From Eledone cirrhosa (taxonomy: Eukaryota): 64,000 nucleotides of DNA. Position 1 is the stretch's first letter; every line of letters starts with the position of its first letter. Location of the stretch: contig OZ024741.1 of NCBI GenBank assembly GCA_964016885.1, positions 235,042,001-235,106,000 on the forward strand, read 5' to 3'. Below the pieces are notes generated by a model that saw only the letters and a program-made list of their open reading frames with translations, ran no database searches and was not told the origin of the DNA. This document shows, piece after piece, positions 12,681 to 25,565 of this stretch. Position numbers and translations under genes: made by a program.

Positions 12681-13049
12681 TATCTATGTAGTATGGTTAA
12701 GTGGTTAAGAAGTTTGCTTGGCAATCAAGAGATATTGCGTTCAATTCCCTGGGGGGTCAATCTTTGGTAGGTACCTTTTACCGTAGCCTTTTGTCGAAGT
12801 AAGTTTTGTGAGTGAAATTTGGTAGACGGAAGCTGCTTGAAAGCCCATTGCATGGATGGTACCTGTTATGCGAAATTGGTAGAGGGGGAACTGTTTGGAA
12901 GCCCATTACATAGATTGTGCCTACAATTCAAAGTTCGAAACGTATCACGTTAAGCATACTCGTGTCTGTGGAATACTCAGCCACTTACAGTTCAGTGAGG
13001 GGTTCGAGCCGTTGATCAAAGAACTGAAACACTCATCTACGAAACTGAC

Positions 13050-13220
13050 GGAGGTTTGTGTTGGTAGAGCTGTTGGTGTTATTGTTGTTGTTATTGCTAG
13101 TATTGGTAGTGACGGTGGTGTTATTATTGTTGTTGGTGTTTTATTATTTGTGCTAGTAATTTTATTGTTGGCGTGGTTTTAGCTATTGTTTGTGTTTTAT
13201 ATGTGAAGGTGTTGTTGTTG

Positions 13221-13254
<34 letters not shown>

Positions 13255-14263
13255 TAGGGGTATTATGATGGTGTGTGGCAACATTAATAGCAATGGTAGT
13301 GGTTGTGATGCTATTGATTACTCTTTGTTGGTGGCGGTGGCGGTGGCAATAGTGGAAGCGGTAGTGGTGGTGGTGGAAGTGGTGATGGTGGTGGTGGTGG
13401 TGGTGGTTGTAGTGGGGGATGGTGGTGGTGGTGGTGATGGTGGTGATGGTAGTGGTGATGGTGGTTGTAGTGGTGACGGTGGTGGTGGTGGTGATAGTGG
13501 TGGTGGTGGTGGTGATGGTAGTGGTGGTGGTGGTGGTGGTTGTAGTGGGGGATGGTGGTGGTGGTGGTGATGGTGGTGGTGGTGGTGGTGATGGTGGTTG
13601 TAGTGGTGACGGTGGTGGTGGTGGTGATAGTGGTGGTGGTGGTGGTGATGGTAGTGGTGGTGGTGGTGGTTGTAGTGGGGGATGGTGGTTGTAGTGGTGA
13701 CGGTGGTGGTGGTGGTGGTGAAGGCGGCGGCGGTGGTGGTGGTGGTTGTAGTGGGGGATGGTGGTTGTAGTGGGGGATGGTGGTTGTAGTGGGGGATGGT
13801 GGTTGTAGTGGTGACGGTGGTGGTGGTGGTGGTAGTGGTGATGGTGGTGGTGAAGGCGGCGGCGGTGGTAGTGGTGGTGGTGGTGGATGTGTCGAGAACG
13901 ATGTTTATATGGTTACTGTTGGCGTTGTTGTTTATGGTGGTGGTGGTGGTGGTGATGGTGGTGATGTTGGTGGTAGTGGCTATAGTGGTGGGAATGATTG
14001 TGTTGGGGGATGTAGTGGTGGTGGTGGTGGTCGGGGTGGTGGCAGTGGTAGTGGTAGTGGGGTGGGGGTTAGTAGTGGTAGTGGGGTGGCAGTGGTAGTG
14101 GTAGTGGGGTGGGGGTTAGTAGTGGTAGTGGGGTGGGGGTTAGTAGTGGTAGTGGTAGTGGGGGTTAGTAGTGGTGGGGTTGATAGTAGCAGTAGTCGTG
14201 GTGGTACATTATTCCAATAGTAGTAGTAGTAGTAGTAGTAGCAGTAGTAGTAGTAGCAGCAGC

Positions 14264-14322
<59 letters not shown>

Positions 14323-14356
14323 CAGCAGTAGTAGTAGCAGCAGTAGTAGTAGTAGT

Positions 14357-14397
<41 letters not shown>

Positions 14398-15087
14398 TAG
14401 TGTTGATGGTATTACGTTTTACCAGTAGTATTAGTTGCCGTTGTTGTTGTAGCAACAGCAGTAGTTATGATGGTGGTGGTGGTGGTGGTGGTAGTGTGTG
14501 GTTGTTATTGTTGTTGGTGGTGTCGTTGTGGTAGTTGTGAGAAATGACTGGGTGTCGTGACGTTGCTAAGTTGTTGTTGGAAATAGTGGTGGTGGTGGTG
14601 GTTGTTGTTGTGATGGTAGTGATGGCGGTGATGGTGGGGTGATGGCGGCGGCGGCAGTGGTGGTGGTAGTAGTAGTAGTTGTAGTGGTGGTGGTGGTAGT
14701 AGTAGTGGTAGTGGTGCTGGTGGTGGTGAAGGTGGTAGTGGTGGTAGTAGTAGTTATAGTAGTGGTGGTGGTGGTGGAGGTGGTAGTAGTAGTTGTAGTG
14801 GTGGTGGTGGTAGTATTAGTAGTAGTGGTAGTGGTGGTGGTGGTGGTGAAGGTGGTAGTGGTGCTAGTAGTAGTTGTAGTGGTAGTGGTGGTGGTGAAGG
14901 TGGTAGTGGTGGTAGTAGTAGTTGTAGTAGTGGTGGTGGTGGTGGTAGTGGTGGTAGTAGTTATATTATTGTTTTGATTGTTGTTAATATTGGTGGTGAT
15001 ATTTTTGTTTTTTGTTTTGTTGTTAATATTGTTGATATTGTTGTTGGCGGTGGAGGTCTTAGTGTTGTTTTGTTTTTTAATGTCGAT

Positions 15088-15135
<48 letters not shown>

Positions 15136-18100
15136 GGTGTTGGCGGTGAGAGACGGAAATGATGTCGGTAGTGGTAGAGGTGTAAGAGCGTGTCTGCAGT
15201 CAGTGTTGGCAGCGATGACTGGATAACGGTGGCGGCGGGGGCGATGATGACGACAGTGCTTTTGGTGATGTGGTCATGGTGGTGGTGGTGGTGGTAGTAA
15301 CGGTGGTGGGGATTATTGTAATGATGGCAGTGGTGGTAGTAGTGGTGGTGGTGGTGGTAGTAGTGGTGGTGGTGGTAGTGGTGGTGGTAGTAACGGTGGT
15401 GGAGATTATTGTAATGGTGGCAGTGGTGGTAGTAGTGGTGGTGGTGGTGGTAGTAGTGGTGGTGGTGGTAGTGGTGGTGGTAGTAACGGTGGTGGAGATT
15501 ATTGTAATGGTGGCAGTGGTGGTAGTAGTGGTGGTGGTGGTGGTAGTAGTGGTGGTGGTGGTAGTGGTGGTGGTAGTAACGGTGGTGGAGATTATTGTAA
15601 TGGTGGCAGTGGTGGTAGTAGTGGTGGTGGTGGTGGTAGTAGTGGTGGTGGTGGTAGTGGTGGTGGTGGTGGTAGTAGTGGTGGTTGGGATTATTGTAAT
15701 GATGGCAGTGGCAGTGGTGATGGTGGTGGTGGTAGTGGTGGTGGTGGTGGTAGTAACGGTGGTTGGGATTATTGTAATGATAGCAGTGGTAGTGGTGATG
15801 GTGGTGGTGGTGGTAGTAGTGGTGGTAGTAGCGGTGGGGGAGATTATTGTAATGATAGCAGTGGTAGTGGTGATGGTGGTGGTAGTAGTAGTGGTAGTAG
15901 TAGCGGTGGGGGGGATTATTGTAATGATGGCAGTGGTAGTGGTGGTGGTAGTAGTAGTGGTGGTGGTGGTGGAGGTAGTAGCGATGGGGGAGATTATTGT
16001 AATGGTGGCAGTGGTAGTGGTGATGGTGGTGGTGGTAGTAGTGGTGGTAGTAGCAGTTGGGGGAGGGGATTATTGTAATGATGGCAGTGGTAGTGGTGGT
16101 GGAGGTGGTAGTAGTGATGGTGGGGATTATTGTAATGATAGTAGTGGTAGTGGTGATGGTGGTGATGTTGGTTATAGTGGTGTTGTGGTAATGGTTGTGG
16201 TGGTGGTAGTAGTGATGGTGGTGGTGATTATTGTAATGATGGCAATGGTGGTAGTGGTGATGGTGCTGGTGGTAGTACTAGTGGTAGTGGTACTGGTGAT
16301 ACTGATGGTAATGGTGATGGTGGTTGTGGGGGTTGTAGTGTTGGTATTGGTGGTTGTAAAGGTAGTGGTGATGTTGGGTGTGGTGGTTGTAGTGTTGGTA
16401 TTGGTGGTTGTAATGGTAATGGTGATGGTGGTTGTGGTGGTTGTAGTGTTGGTATTGGTGGTTGTAATGGTAGTGGTGATGGTGGTTGTGGTGGTTGTAA
16501 TGGTAGTGGTGATGGTGGTTGTGGTGGTTGTAGTGTTGGTATTAGTGGTTGTAATGGTTAGTGGTGATGTTGGGTGTGGTGGTTGTAGTGTTGGTATTGG
16601 TGGTTGTAATGGTAGTGGTGATGGTGGTTGTGGTGGTTGTAGTGTTGGTATTGGTGGTTGTAATGGTAGTGATGATGGTGGTTGTGGTGGTTGTAGTGTT
16701 GGTATTGGTGGTTGTAATGGTAGTGGTGATGGTGTTTGTGGTGGTTGTAGTGTTGGTATTGGTGGTTGTAATGGTAGTGGTGATGGTGGTTGTGGTGGTT
16801 GTAATGGTAGTGGTGATGGTGGTTGTGGTGGTTGTAGTGTTGGTATTGGTGGTTGTAATGGTAGTGGTGATGGTGGTTGTGGTGGTTGTAGTGTTGGTAT
16901 TGGTGGTAGTAATGGTAGTGGTGATGGTGTTTGTGGTGGTTGTAGTGTTGGTATTGGTGGTTGTAATGGTAGTGGTGATGGTGGTTGTGGTGGTTGTAGT
17001 GTTGGTATTGGTGGTTGTAATGGTAGTGGTGATGTTGGGTGTGGTGGTTTTAGTGTTGGTATTGGTGGTTGTAATGGTAGTGGTGATGGTGGTTGTGGTG
17101 GTTGTAATGGTAGTGGTGATGTTGGGTGTGGTGGTTGTAGTGTTGGTATTGGTGGTTGTAATGGTAGTGGTGATGGTGGTTGTGGTGGTTGTAGTGGTGG
17201 TATTGGTGGTTGTAATGGTAGTGGTGATGGTAGTTGTGGTGGTTGTAGTGTTGGTATTGGTGGTTGTAATGGTAGTGGTGATGGTGGTTGTGGTGGTTGT
17301 AGTGTTGGTATTGGTGGTTGTAATGGTAGTGGTGATGGTGGTTGTGGTGGTTGTAGTGTTGGTATTGGTGGTTGTAATAGTAGTGATGATGGTGGTTGTG
17401 GTGGTTGTAGTGTTGGTATTGGTGGTTGTAATGGTAGTGGTGATGGTGTTTGTGGGGGTTGTAGTGTTGGTTGGTATTGGTGGTTGTAATGGTAGTGGTG
17501 ATGTTGGGTGTGGTGGTTTTAGTGTTGGTATTGGTGGTTGTAATGGTAGTGGTGATGGTGTTTGTGGTGGTTGTAGTGTTGGTATTGGTGGTTGTAATGG
17601 TAGTGGTGATGGTGGTTGTGGTGGTTGTAATGGTAGTGGTGATGGTGGTTGTGGTGGTTGTAGTGTTGATATTGGTGGTTGTAATGGTAGTGGTGATGGT
17701 GGTTGTGGTGGTTGTAGTGTTGGTATTGGTGGTTGTAATGGTTAGTGGTGATGGTGGTTGTGGTGGTTGTAGTGTTGGTATTGGTGGTTGTAATGGTAGT
17801 GGTGATGGTGGTTGTGGTGGTTGTAGTGTTGGTATTGGTGGTTGTAATGGTAGTACTGCTGTAGGAGGTGGTGGTGATAGTGGTTGTCGTGGTTGTTGTG
17901 CTGGTGATGGTAGTGTTGTGGTGGTGGTGCTGATGGTTGTTGTTGTTGGAGGCTGTGGTGATGGTGGTTGTGTTGGTGGTGGTTGTCATGGTGGTGATGG
18001 TGGTTGTGGTGGTGGTAGTGGTGGTGGTTGTGGCGGTGGTGGTAGTGGTGCTGTGGGTGATGGTGGTGATGGCGGGTATAGTGGTGGTTGTGGTAGTACT

Positions 18101-18480
18101 GCTGTAGGAGGTGGTGGTGGTAGTGGTTGTGGTGGTGGTAGTGTGGTGATGGTGGTGGTTGTCGTGGTTGTTGTGCTGGTGATGGCAGTGTGATGGTGGT
18201 GGTGGTGATGGTGGTTGTGGTGGGGGTTGTTGTGGTGGTGGTGGTGATGGTGGTTGCGGTGGTGGTGGTAGTAGTGGTGGTGGTGGTAATGGTTGGTGGT
18301 GGTGGTAGTGGTGATGATAGTTGTTGTTGTGGTGGGGGTAATGGTGGTGGTTGTGGTGGCGGTGATGGTGGTTGTGGTGGTGGTGGTAGTGGTGGTGGTG
18401 GTGATGCTGGTGATCGTGGCTGTGGTTGTGGTGGTGGTGGTAGTAGTGGTGGTGGTCGCAGTGGTGGTGGTGGTGGCGTT
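13050..18480. repeat. GGT/AGT/GTT simple-repeat domain with a 93-bp minisatellite (~15290-15620) and a 54-bp minisatellite (~16300-17850)
   Basis: The unit GGTGGTTGTAATGGTAGTGGTGATGGTGGTTGTGGTGGTTGTAGTGTTGGTATT is repeated; (AGT/AGC)n at 14217-14401. Confidence 0.95.
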
Positions 18481-18672
18481 TAAAAGGAAATGATGAAATG
18501 ATGAGAGACTGAAAAGAAGTGAATGAACGTGGAGAGAGAAAAAAGAGAAGGAAAATAAATGGGAAACAGAGAGGGAGAGGAAGTGAAGGGAGGAGAAAAG
18601 AAGAGATGAAATAAGAGTTAGAGAGAGTAAAGGAAATAGAGAATGGTGGCGAGAAAGACATAAGTAATGTGT

Positions 18673-18729
<57 letters not shown>

Positions 18730-19097
18730 GGGGAGACTAAAGAAAGGAGAGGCTAAGTATGACGTAAAAGAGAAATTGGGGATAAGAGAGAGAAAGACAC
18801 AGTGAGAGGGGAGCAGAGAGAGGGGAAGCAGAGAGAGGGGGTGGACAGGCATGAAGAAGAAAAGGCAAAGAAAAGAGAGGCTAAGCCAGACGTGAATAAA
18901 TTGTGGGGAGCGAAAGAGATAGAGAGAGGAAGAGAGAGAGGGGAGGGAGAGGGAGAGATATATGAAAGAGTGAGAGATAGAGGGAGACAGTTACTGAGAG
19001 GGAAAGGAGAACAATGAGTAAGAAAGAATGGAGTTTTAGAAGAGAGTATTTGAATAGGGGTAGGACTGGAAGAAAGAGATTTAAGAGAGGGGAAGAG

Positions 19098-19139
<42 letters not shown>

Positions 19140-19352
19140 GGGAGTGATAGGGGGAGCAGGGGAACATGAGAGGAGCTAACAGAGGAAGGAAAGAAAGAGA
19201 TTAGATAGAGAGGAGGGTTTAAAGAGAGCGGAGTGTAAGGAGGGGGGGGGGTTAGAGAGAAAGAGTGAGAATCAGAATGCAAAGGCAGAGAAAGGAAGAG
19301 AATGAAGAAAACAGATTCATGGGAGCGAATGAGAGTGAATGGTGAGAAAGGG

Positions 19353-19429
<77 letters not shown>

Positions 19430-19705
19430 CTGAAAAAGAAAAGTAAGGGATAAATGAAGGGAGAGTGAGAGAGAGTGAAAGTGAGAGCGAGTGAGCGAGC
19501 GAGTGAGAGAGAGAGAAAGAGACAGTGAGAGATAGAGAGAGAGAGAGAAAGAGAGCAGCGATACAAGGGAAAGTAAAAGAGTAAGTGAAAAGTGAATAAA
19601 GAGAGAAAAAGAAAAGGTTAAAAATAGTGAAGGAGAGAGGGAGAGGGTGTGGGAAACAAATAGATAGATAGATAGAGAGATAGATAGATAGATAGAGAGA
19701 TAGAG

Positions 19706-19767
<62 letters not shown>

Positions 19768-19930
19768 GAAAAAGAAGAGAAAAGTTGAGAAGAGGAGGTG
19801 GAAAAGAGGGAACAAACATGGGGGGGGGTTAGAAACATTACATGTTTAAGAGGGTGTTGAAGATGATGATGATGATGAGGAGGAGGAGGAGGAGGAAGAG
19901 GGGGAGGGGGATGATGTTATAAAGAGAGGT
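18480..19930. repeat. Polypurine (GA)n/GATA low-complexity domain
   Basis: Long (GA)n runs and a purine-rich plus strand. Confidence 0.9.
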
Positions 19931-20639
19931 GGCAGGGGAAGAGGAAGTGAAAGAGTACAAAAATATGGCGTGTGTTGTTATTGTTGTTGTTGGTGGTGGT
20001 AGTGGTAGTGGTGGTGGTGGCTGTTGGTGTAATGGTTGGGGGGAGAGGGGAGGTGACTATGTTGGTGATGGGGGTTGTGGTTTTGGAGACGGGGGGGGGT
20101 TGTTATGGTGGTAGTGGTAGTGGTGCTAGTGGTTGTAGTTGTGGTGGTTACGTTGACGATGGTAGTGGTTGTAATGGGGGTTATGGTGGTGGGTTATGGT
20201 GGTTGTGTTGGTGGTGATAGTAGTAGCGGTGTGGGTGGTGGTGGTGGTGGTGGTGGTGGTAGTGGTGGTAGTTGTGGCTGTGGTCGTTGTCGTAGTGGTG
20301 GTAATGGCGGTGGTTGCAGTGGTGGTTGTGATTGTGGTTGTAGTTGTTGTGATGGATTTGTCTTGATGGTAATGGTAGTGGTTGTGATGGTGGTGGTGGT
20401 GGTGATGATGGGTGTGTTGATGAGAGGGTTGTGGTGGTAATGAGGATAGGGGTGGTCGTGGTGGTGATGTTGATGGACGAAAGTTTGTACTACAGGTTGT
20501 GGTGTTGCATTGAAGAGTAGCTATGGTAATGGTGGTGGGTGGTTGTAGTTGTCCTTGGGGGTGGGAGTGTTTTGGTAGTGGTGGTCGTGGTGTGGTCAAC
20601 ATTGTCAATGGTATGGAAAACTATGAATAGTAAATGACG

Positions 20640-21920
20640 TTCTATATAGTATAGGGCACTGTCGATTGTATAGGACATTGACAATTGTATAAGACATTGT
20701 TATATATAGGACATTATATAAGACCGTTGAATAGAGGACATTATCAAATATAGGACATTATCAGATAAGACATTATCAAATATAGGACATTATCAACTAT
20801 AGGGCATTATCAAATATAGGACATTATCAGATATGACATTATCTAATATAGGACATTGTCAATTATAGGACATTATCTAATATAGGACATTATCAGATAT
20901 AAGACATTATCAAATATAGGACATTATCAACTATAGGGCATTATCAAATATAGGACATTATCAGATATAAGACATTATCAAATATAGGACATTATCAACT
21001 ATAGGGCATTATCAAATATAGGACATTATCAGATATAAGACATTATCAAATATAGGACATTATCAATTATAGGGCATTATCAGATATAGGACATTATCAA
21101 ATATAGGACATTGTCAAATATAGGACATTATAAGATAGGATATTATCAAATATAGGACATTGTCAATTATATAGGACATTGTCAAATATAGTACTGCCAT
21201 TTATATAGGACATTGTCAAATATAAGACATTGTCAAATATAGGATATTGTCAAATATAGGACATTATAAGATATAGGACATGATCAAGTATAGGAAATTA
21301 TCAGATATAGGACATTATCTAATATAGGACATTGTCAAGTATAGATTATCAAATATAGGACATTATCAAATATAGGACATTATCAAATATAGGAGATTAT
21401 CAAATATAGGATATTATCAGATATAGGACATTGTCAAATATAGGACATTATCAGATATAGGGCATTATCAAATATAGGACATTGTCAAATATAGGACATT
21501 GTATAGGACATTGTTAAACATAGGACATTACCAAATATTGGAAATTGTCAAACGTAGGACATTGTCAAACATAGGACATTGTCAATTAAATAGGACATTG
21601 TTATATAGGGCATTATCACATATAGGACACTGTCAATTAAATAGGACATTGACAATTGTATAGGAAACTGTCAATTATATAGGACATTGTGAAATCCACC
21701 ACAATGAATTGTATGGGTCATTATCAAATATAGAGCATTCTCAAGTATAGGACACTGCCCATTGTATAGCGCATTGTGAATTGAATAGGACATTGTCGAT
21801 CATAGGGCATCGTGATTTGTATAGCAACTTGTCAATTGTATAAGAGGTTGTTGATTGTGTAGATTATATAGAGCATTGTTAAATATAGAGGTTTATCAAA
21901 TATAGCACATTGTCAATTAG
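20640..21920. repeat. 17-bp tandem minisatellite TATAGGACATT(A/G)TCAAA
   Basis: About 1.3 kb of 17-bp units, homogeneous in the centre and degenerate at both edges. Confidence 0.95.
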
Positions 21921-22024
21921 GGAACCCTAATAATATGAGTTGTCATTGGTCAAAGTGAACCTAATTCCCCAGATTTGGTGACAATTGCCTCAACATCAAC
22001 AATATTCCACCTGGATAGATAGAT

Positions 22025-23490
22025 ATGTTTCTTTATTAGCCACAGGGGCACAAAAGAAGGGGACAAATACAAAGGGGGAAGTTTACATACAATAAAAACG
22101 TGTAAAATGTTATCACAAATGCAATTTAAAAATTAGTCGACTTTCCCCAATAGGGGGAGACAGTTTATATGGGTAACACATACCCCCGAAAAAATGTGCA
22201 ACCCTCATCTCCAGGAGTACGAAGAGTTTGTACTCCTTTCCTCTCCTCCTCCTTTTCCTCAACCTACAGGCTGATATAGAGAGAAGGCCCATTCACTCGG
22301 GCCATTCTCGCCACTTTCACCCACCTTTCATAAAACTTGCTGGGGTACAGCACCTCTCTCTCCATCCTGATTCTTCTTCCAAAGTGGTATTTGAAAAAAA
22401 GAATCAGTTGTTGGCCGGAGAAAAAAGGTGTCTGACCTCAGCCCTTTCAAACTTGTCCACCATACAACCTCTTTCGCCATAGCTATCACACAAAGGAAAA
22501 CCGCCTCTCCTTCGTTTTTGAAGGAGGGTGGCGGTTTGATCATGACAATGGACTCGGTGGTCAACCGGATTGGTCCCACCCGTGACAATAGTTGTTCTAC
22601 ATAGCCCCACAGGTCAGTGACGCCCGGGCAGTGTATGAATACACGCGCGACGGTTTCTTCGTCTCGCACGCACCTCGGACAGATCTTTTTTGCAGGGTCC
22701 CTGCCCGGGCGCCCATGTCTGTAGAGCTTGTCTCGAACTGGTAGAGCTCCTCAGTAGCACTGCCAGGCCAGGGACTTTTGGAAGTTGTCCATCGGTCCCG
22801 GGCGGAAGGTCCTACCGAACAGACTGGCCAGTTCATCTTCCTCTACGCCTAGAGTTTCACCGAGTGCGTCGTCGCACTTGCTGCGGATCAACCCTCTATA
22901 GAATGACGAAGTGGAGTCTCCACTGATCGCCGGGTCCGCCTGCCAGAGGGCTGTGAGCGCCTGAGCACATTCGATGTGCCAGTCGCCCATTTTCCTCGGT
23001 CTTTGCTTGACCCAGGACTGCAGCTCGGTCAGCGAGACGAGTCGTGGGAAGGCTCGCCTCACGAACGGGGCCCACACCGGTTGTCCGGTGAGGAATACGT
23101 AGAGATGCCGCAGCCTGAGCGCGTGTTTGCGCATCCTCAACCATGGCATCCCCAGCCCTCCGTTAGAAAGGTGTTGGCAGCAGATGGATCTTCTCACCAA
23201 AGAAGCCCGCCTCTTCCAAAGGAATTGGAAGAGCGCGCGCTCCATTTTGGTGAGCGTTTTGGCTGGACAAGGCACGACGGTCAAGCGGTAGTAGATGGCG
23301 GACGCTATAAAAATGTTCGCCATCTCCGCTCGACCTTTCAAGGATAGTTTGCACTCGGCCCACTTCTGGGTGAGTACAAACACCTTGGCCGTCACTTCGT
23401 TCCAGTTCTTCTCCACCTGGAGGTCCGGACCAAACCAGACCCCGAGCAGCTTTATCGGTCCTTCCGTCCAGCGTCCGACGACGCCATCGG

Positions 23491-23492
<2 letters not shown>
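22025..23492 (-). mobile_element. 5'-truncated Tx1/L1-clade LINE (3' part of ORF2 plus 3' UTR)
   Basis: IKLLGVWF, LSLKGRAEMAN, GGLGMP, CPRCVRDEETVARVFIHC knuckle and AATAAA near the end. Highly similar to 53300-54770 in inverted orientation, with (GATA)n at both junctions. Confidence 0.92.
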
Positions 23493-23524
<32 letters not shown>

Positions 23525-23705
23525 CATATATACATATATACATATATACGTGCATACATGCATGCATCCATTCATATATACATACATACATGTATCCATC
23601 CATACGTACATACATACATCCAGACAAACAGATAGATAGGTAGATGCATACACGCATCCCTCCATCACTCCAACCCTTTCTCTCTCCATCTCTCTATCTA
23701 TATGT

Positions 23706-23796
<91 letters not shown>

Positions 23797-25283
23797 TACA
23801 TACACACACACACACACATTGGTTCACAGGAAGCTAGAAATACTAACATAACTCATAGTTTCTTTGAGGATGACCCGAAACTCTATGCCAAGAATATGAA
23901 GGGTATGAAGAAAAACTTTGACCTGGTTAAGACGTTCTCGAAAGATATAGGAATGGAGTTTGTCCAGGATAAATGTTCCTGTATGATTGTGTATCGAGGA
24001 AAAACTACAAGCTAATTTAATAACCTTTTTGTCAATGGTCTGGCTGTTTCACCGGTATCTGACGGGGACTGCTACAGATAATTATGAATACTTGAAAATA
24101 TATCCTATGGTTGAATCTGTAACAAGGAACAAGTAACCAGGGAATATAAGACCCGTATAAGAAAAATATGGTCTTCGGAATTCTTTACGCACAATAAATC
24201 AGTGGCCACAATGTGTTTTCTGTATCTGTGCTGATACCAACCCTTAGACTACTTGACTCGACGCTTGATGAGATGCGAACCATTTTTGTTAAGACCTGAA
24301 AAGTTCTAACCGGAAATTTCCACATCAACAGTGACATAGACTGCCTCTACCTAAAACGTAAACAGGGAGGCAGAGGCTTCACATCAATCCAAAAAGCATT
24401 TGAATGTCGCATCATACCGCCCCCCCCCCTCCTTCCTAACAACATCTATGAACCACCATGTGTAGAAGCCTAGCCATAGAATGAATATGTCTGTTTACAT
24501 GAGGCAGATAACATCATGAGAGTTAGGGAGGAGCTCCTTGAGATAACCAAAATCTCACACAGTAACATCGCAACGAATCCATGGATGAAAATCTGCATGG
24601 TTATCAGCACAAAATTATGCATGGCTATGTTGCCAATAAGCTTCAAAGTGAGAAATACTCCCTGTATGATAACAAAAAAAAAAAATAAATAAATAACTCA
24701 CACCCATGGAAATTGCACAATAATACCGCAATGAATCAATGGATGAAAGCTGCATGCTTATCAGCGAAGATCATGCATGGCTATGTTGCCAAAAAGCTTT
24801 AAATGCGAGAATATTGATAAGCAAAGTAGTCTATCTTGTCCAACCACCAGTATATTAGCTCTCTCTTTGAAGGATATGCTTTTGCAATCCAACAATAGGA
24901 ATAACAACGAAATATCTTATGCACAAAAGAGATGGCAATGCAGGTAAAACACCTAGATGTGACAACAGATGCAGACTCTGCGGAATAAACAGCGAGGATG
25001 TCACCCACACAATAAGCAGCTGTCCAAAGATGTCACCACGATACTATCTACCTTTGAGGCATGATGTAGTGGTCAAAATAATATACAATGCAATCCGTAG
25101 AAAGGATACTTCCGAAAATGAAACTATAAAACGTTAGAGTGATGTGGAGGACATATGAATACATAATATGATAGAATACTGGTGGAATGTTCCAGTCAAA
25201 ACCCCCAAAAAATGAAACATAACAGACCAGACATAAAGATATGGGACAGAGAAAAGAAGGCGCCCAGCCGATGTCAAAATAAT

Positions 25284-25470
25284 TGTCTCTACTTTAGGCA
25301 CAAGGCCAGCAATTACCCAGTGCATTACTGGTACTTTATTTTATCGACCCCGTAAGGATGAAAGGCAGAGTCAACCTCGGCGGGATTTGAACTCAGATCG
25401 TAAAGGGACGTAACTATGCTGGAAAGCATGGTGTCCGACCCTCCACTGATACTGCCAATCCACCGCCCTT
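25284..25470 (-). mobile_element. S1 SINE, full length, nested in the RLE element
   Basis: Exact 13-bp TSD ATGTCAAAATAAT at 25271-25283 and 25471-25483. Confidence 0.93.
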
Positions 25471-25565
25471 ATGTCAAAATAATGCTAAAGATGAACGAAA
25501 AGGAAAAAAATGATGCTGAACTAATGAGAAATATACATATACACCACCCTAACTATACCTTTATA

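Noticed and set aside
10136-18852. Long Gly-, Val-, Pro-, Thr- and His-rich ORFs (up to 739 aa)
   Set aside because: They are open in several frames on both strands because GGT variants rarely form stops; there is no synonymous codon diversity, signal peptide or domain.
20640-21920. CRISPR array (also considered for 56495-57595)
   Set aside because: Units are contiguous or have very short related linkers, with no unique 25-45 bp spacers and no cas genes, in a eukaryotic context.
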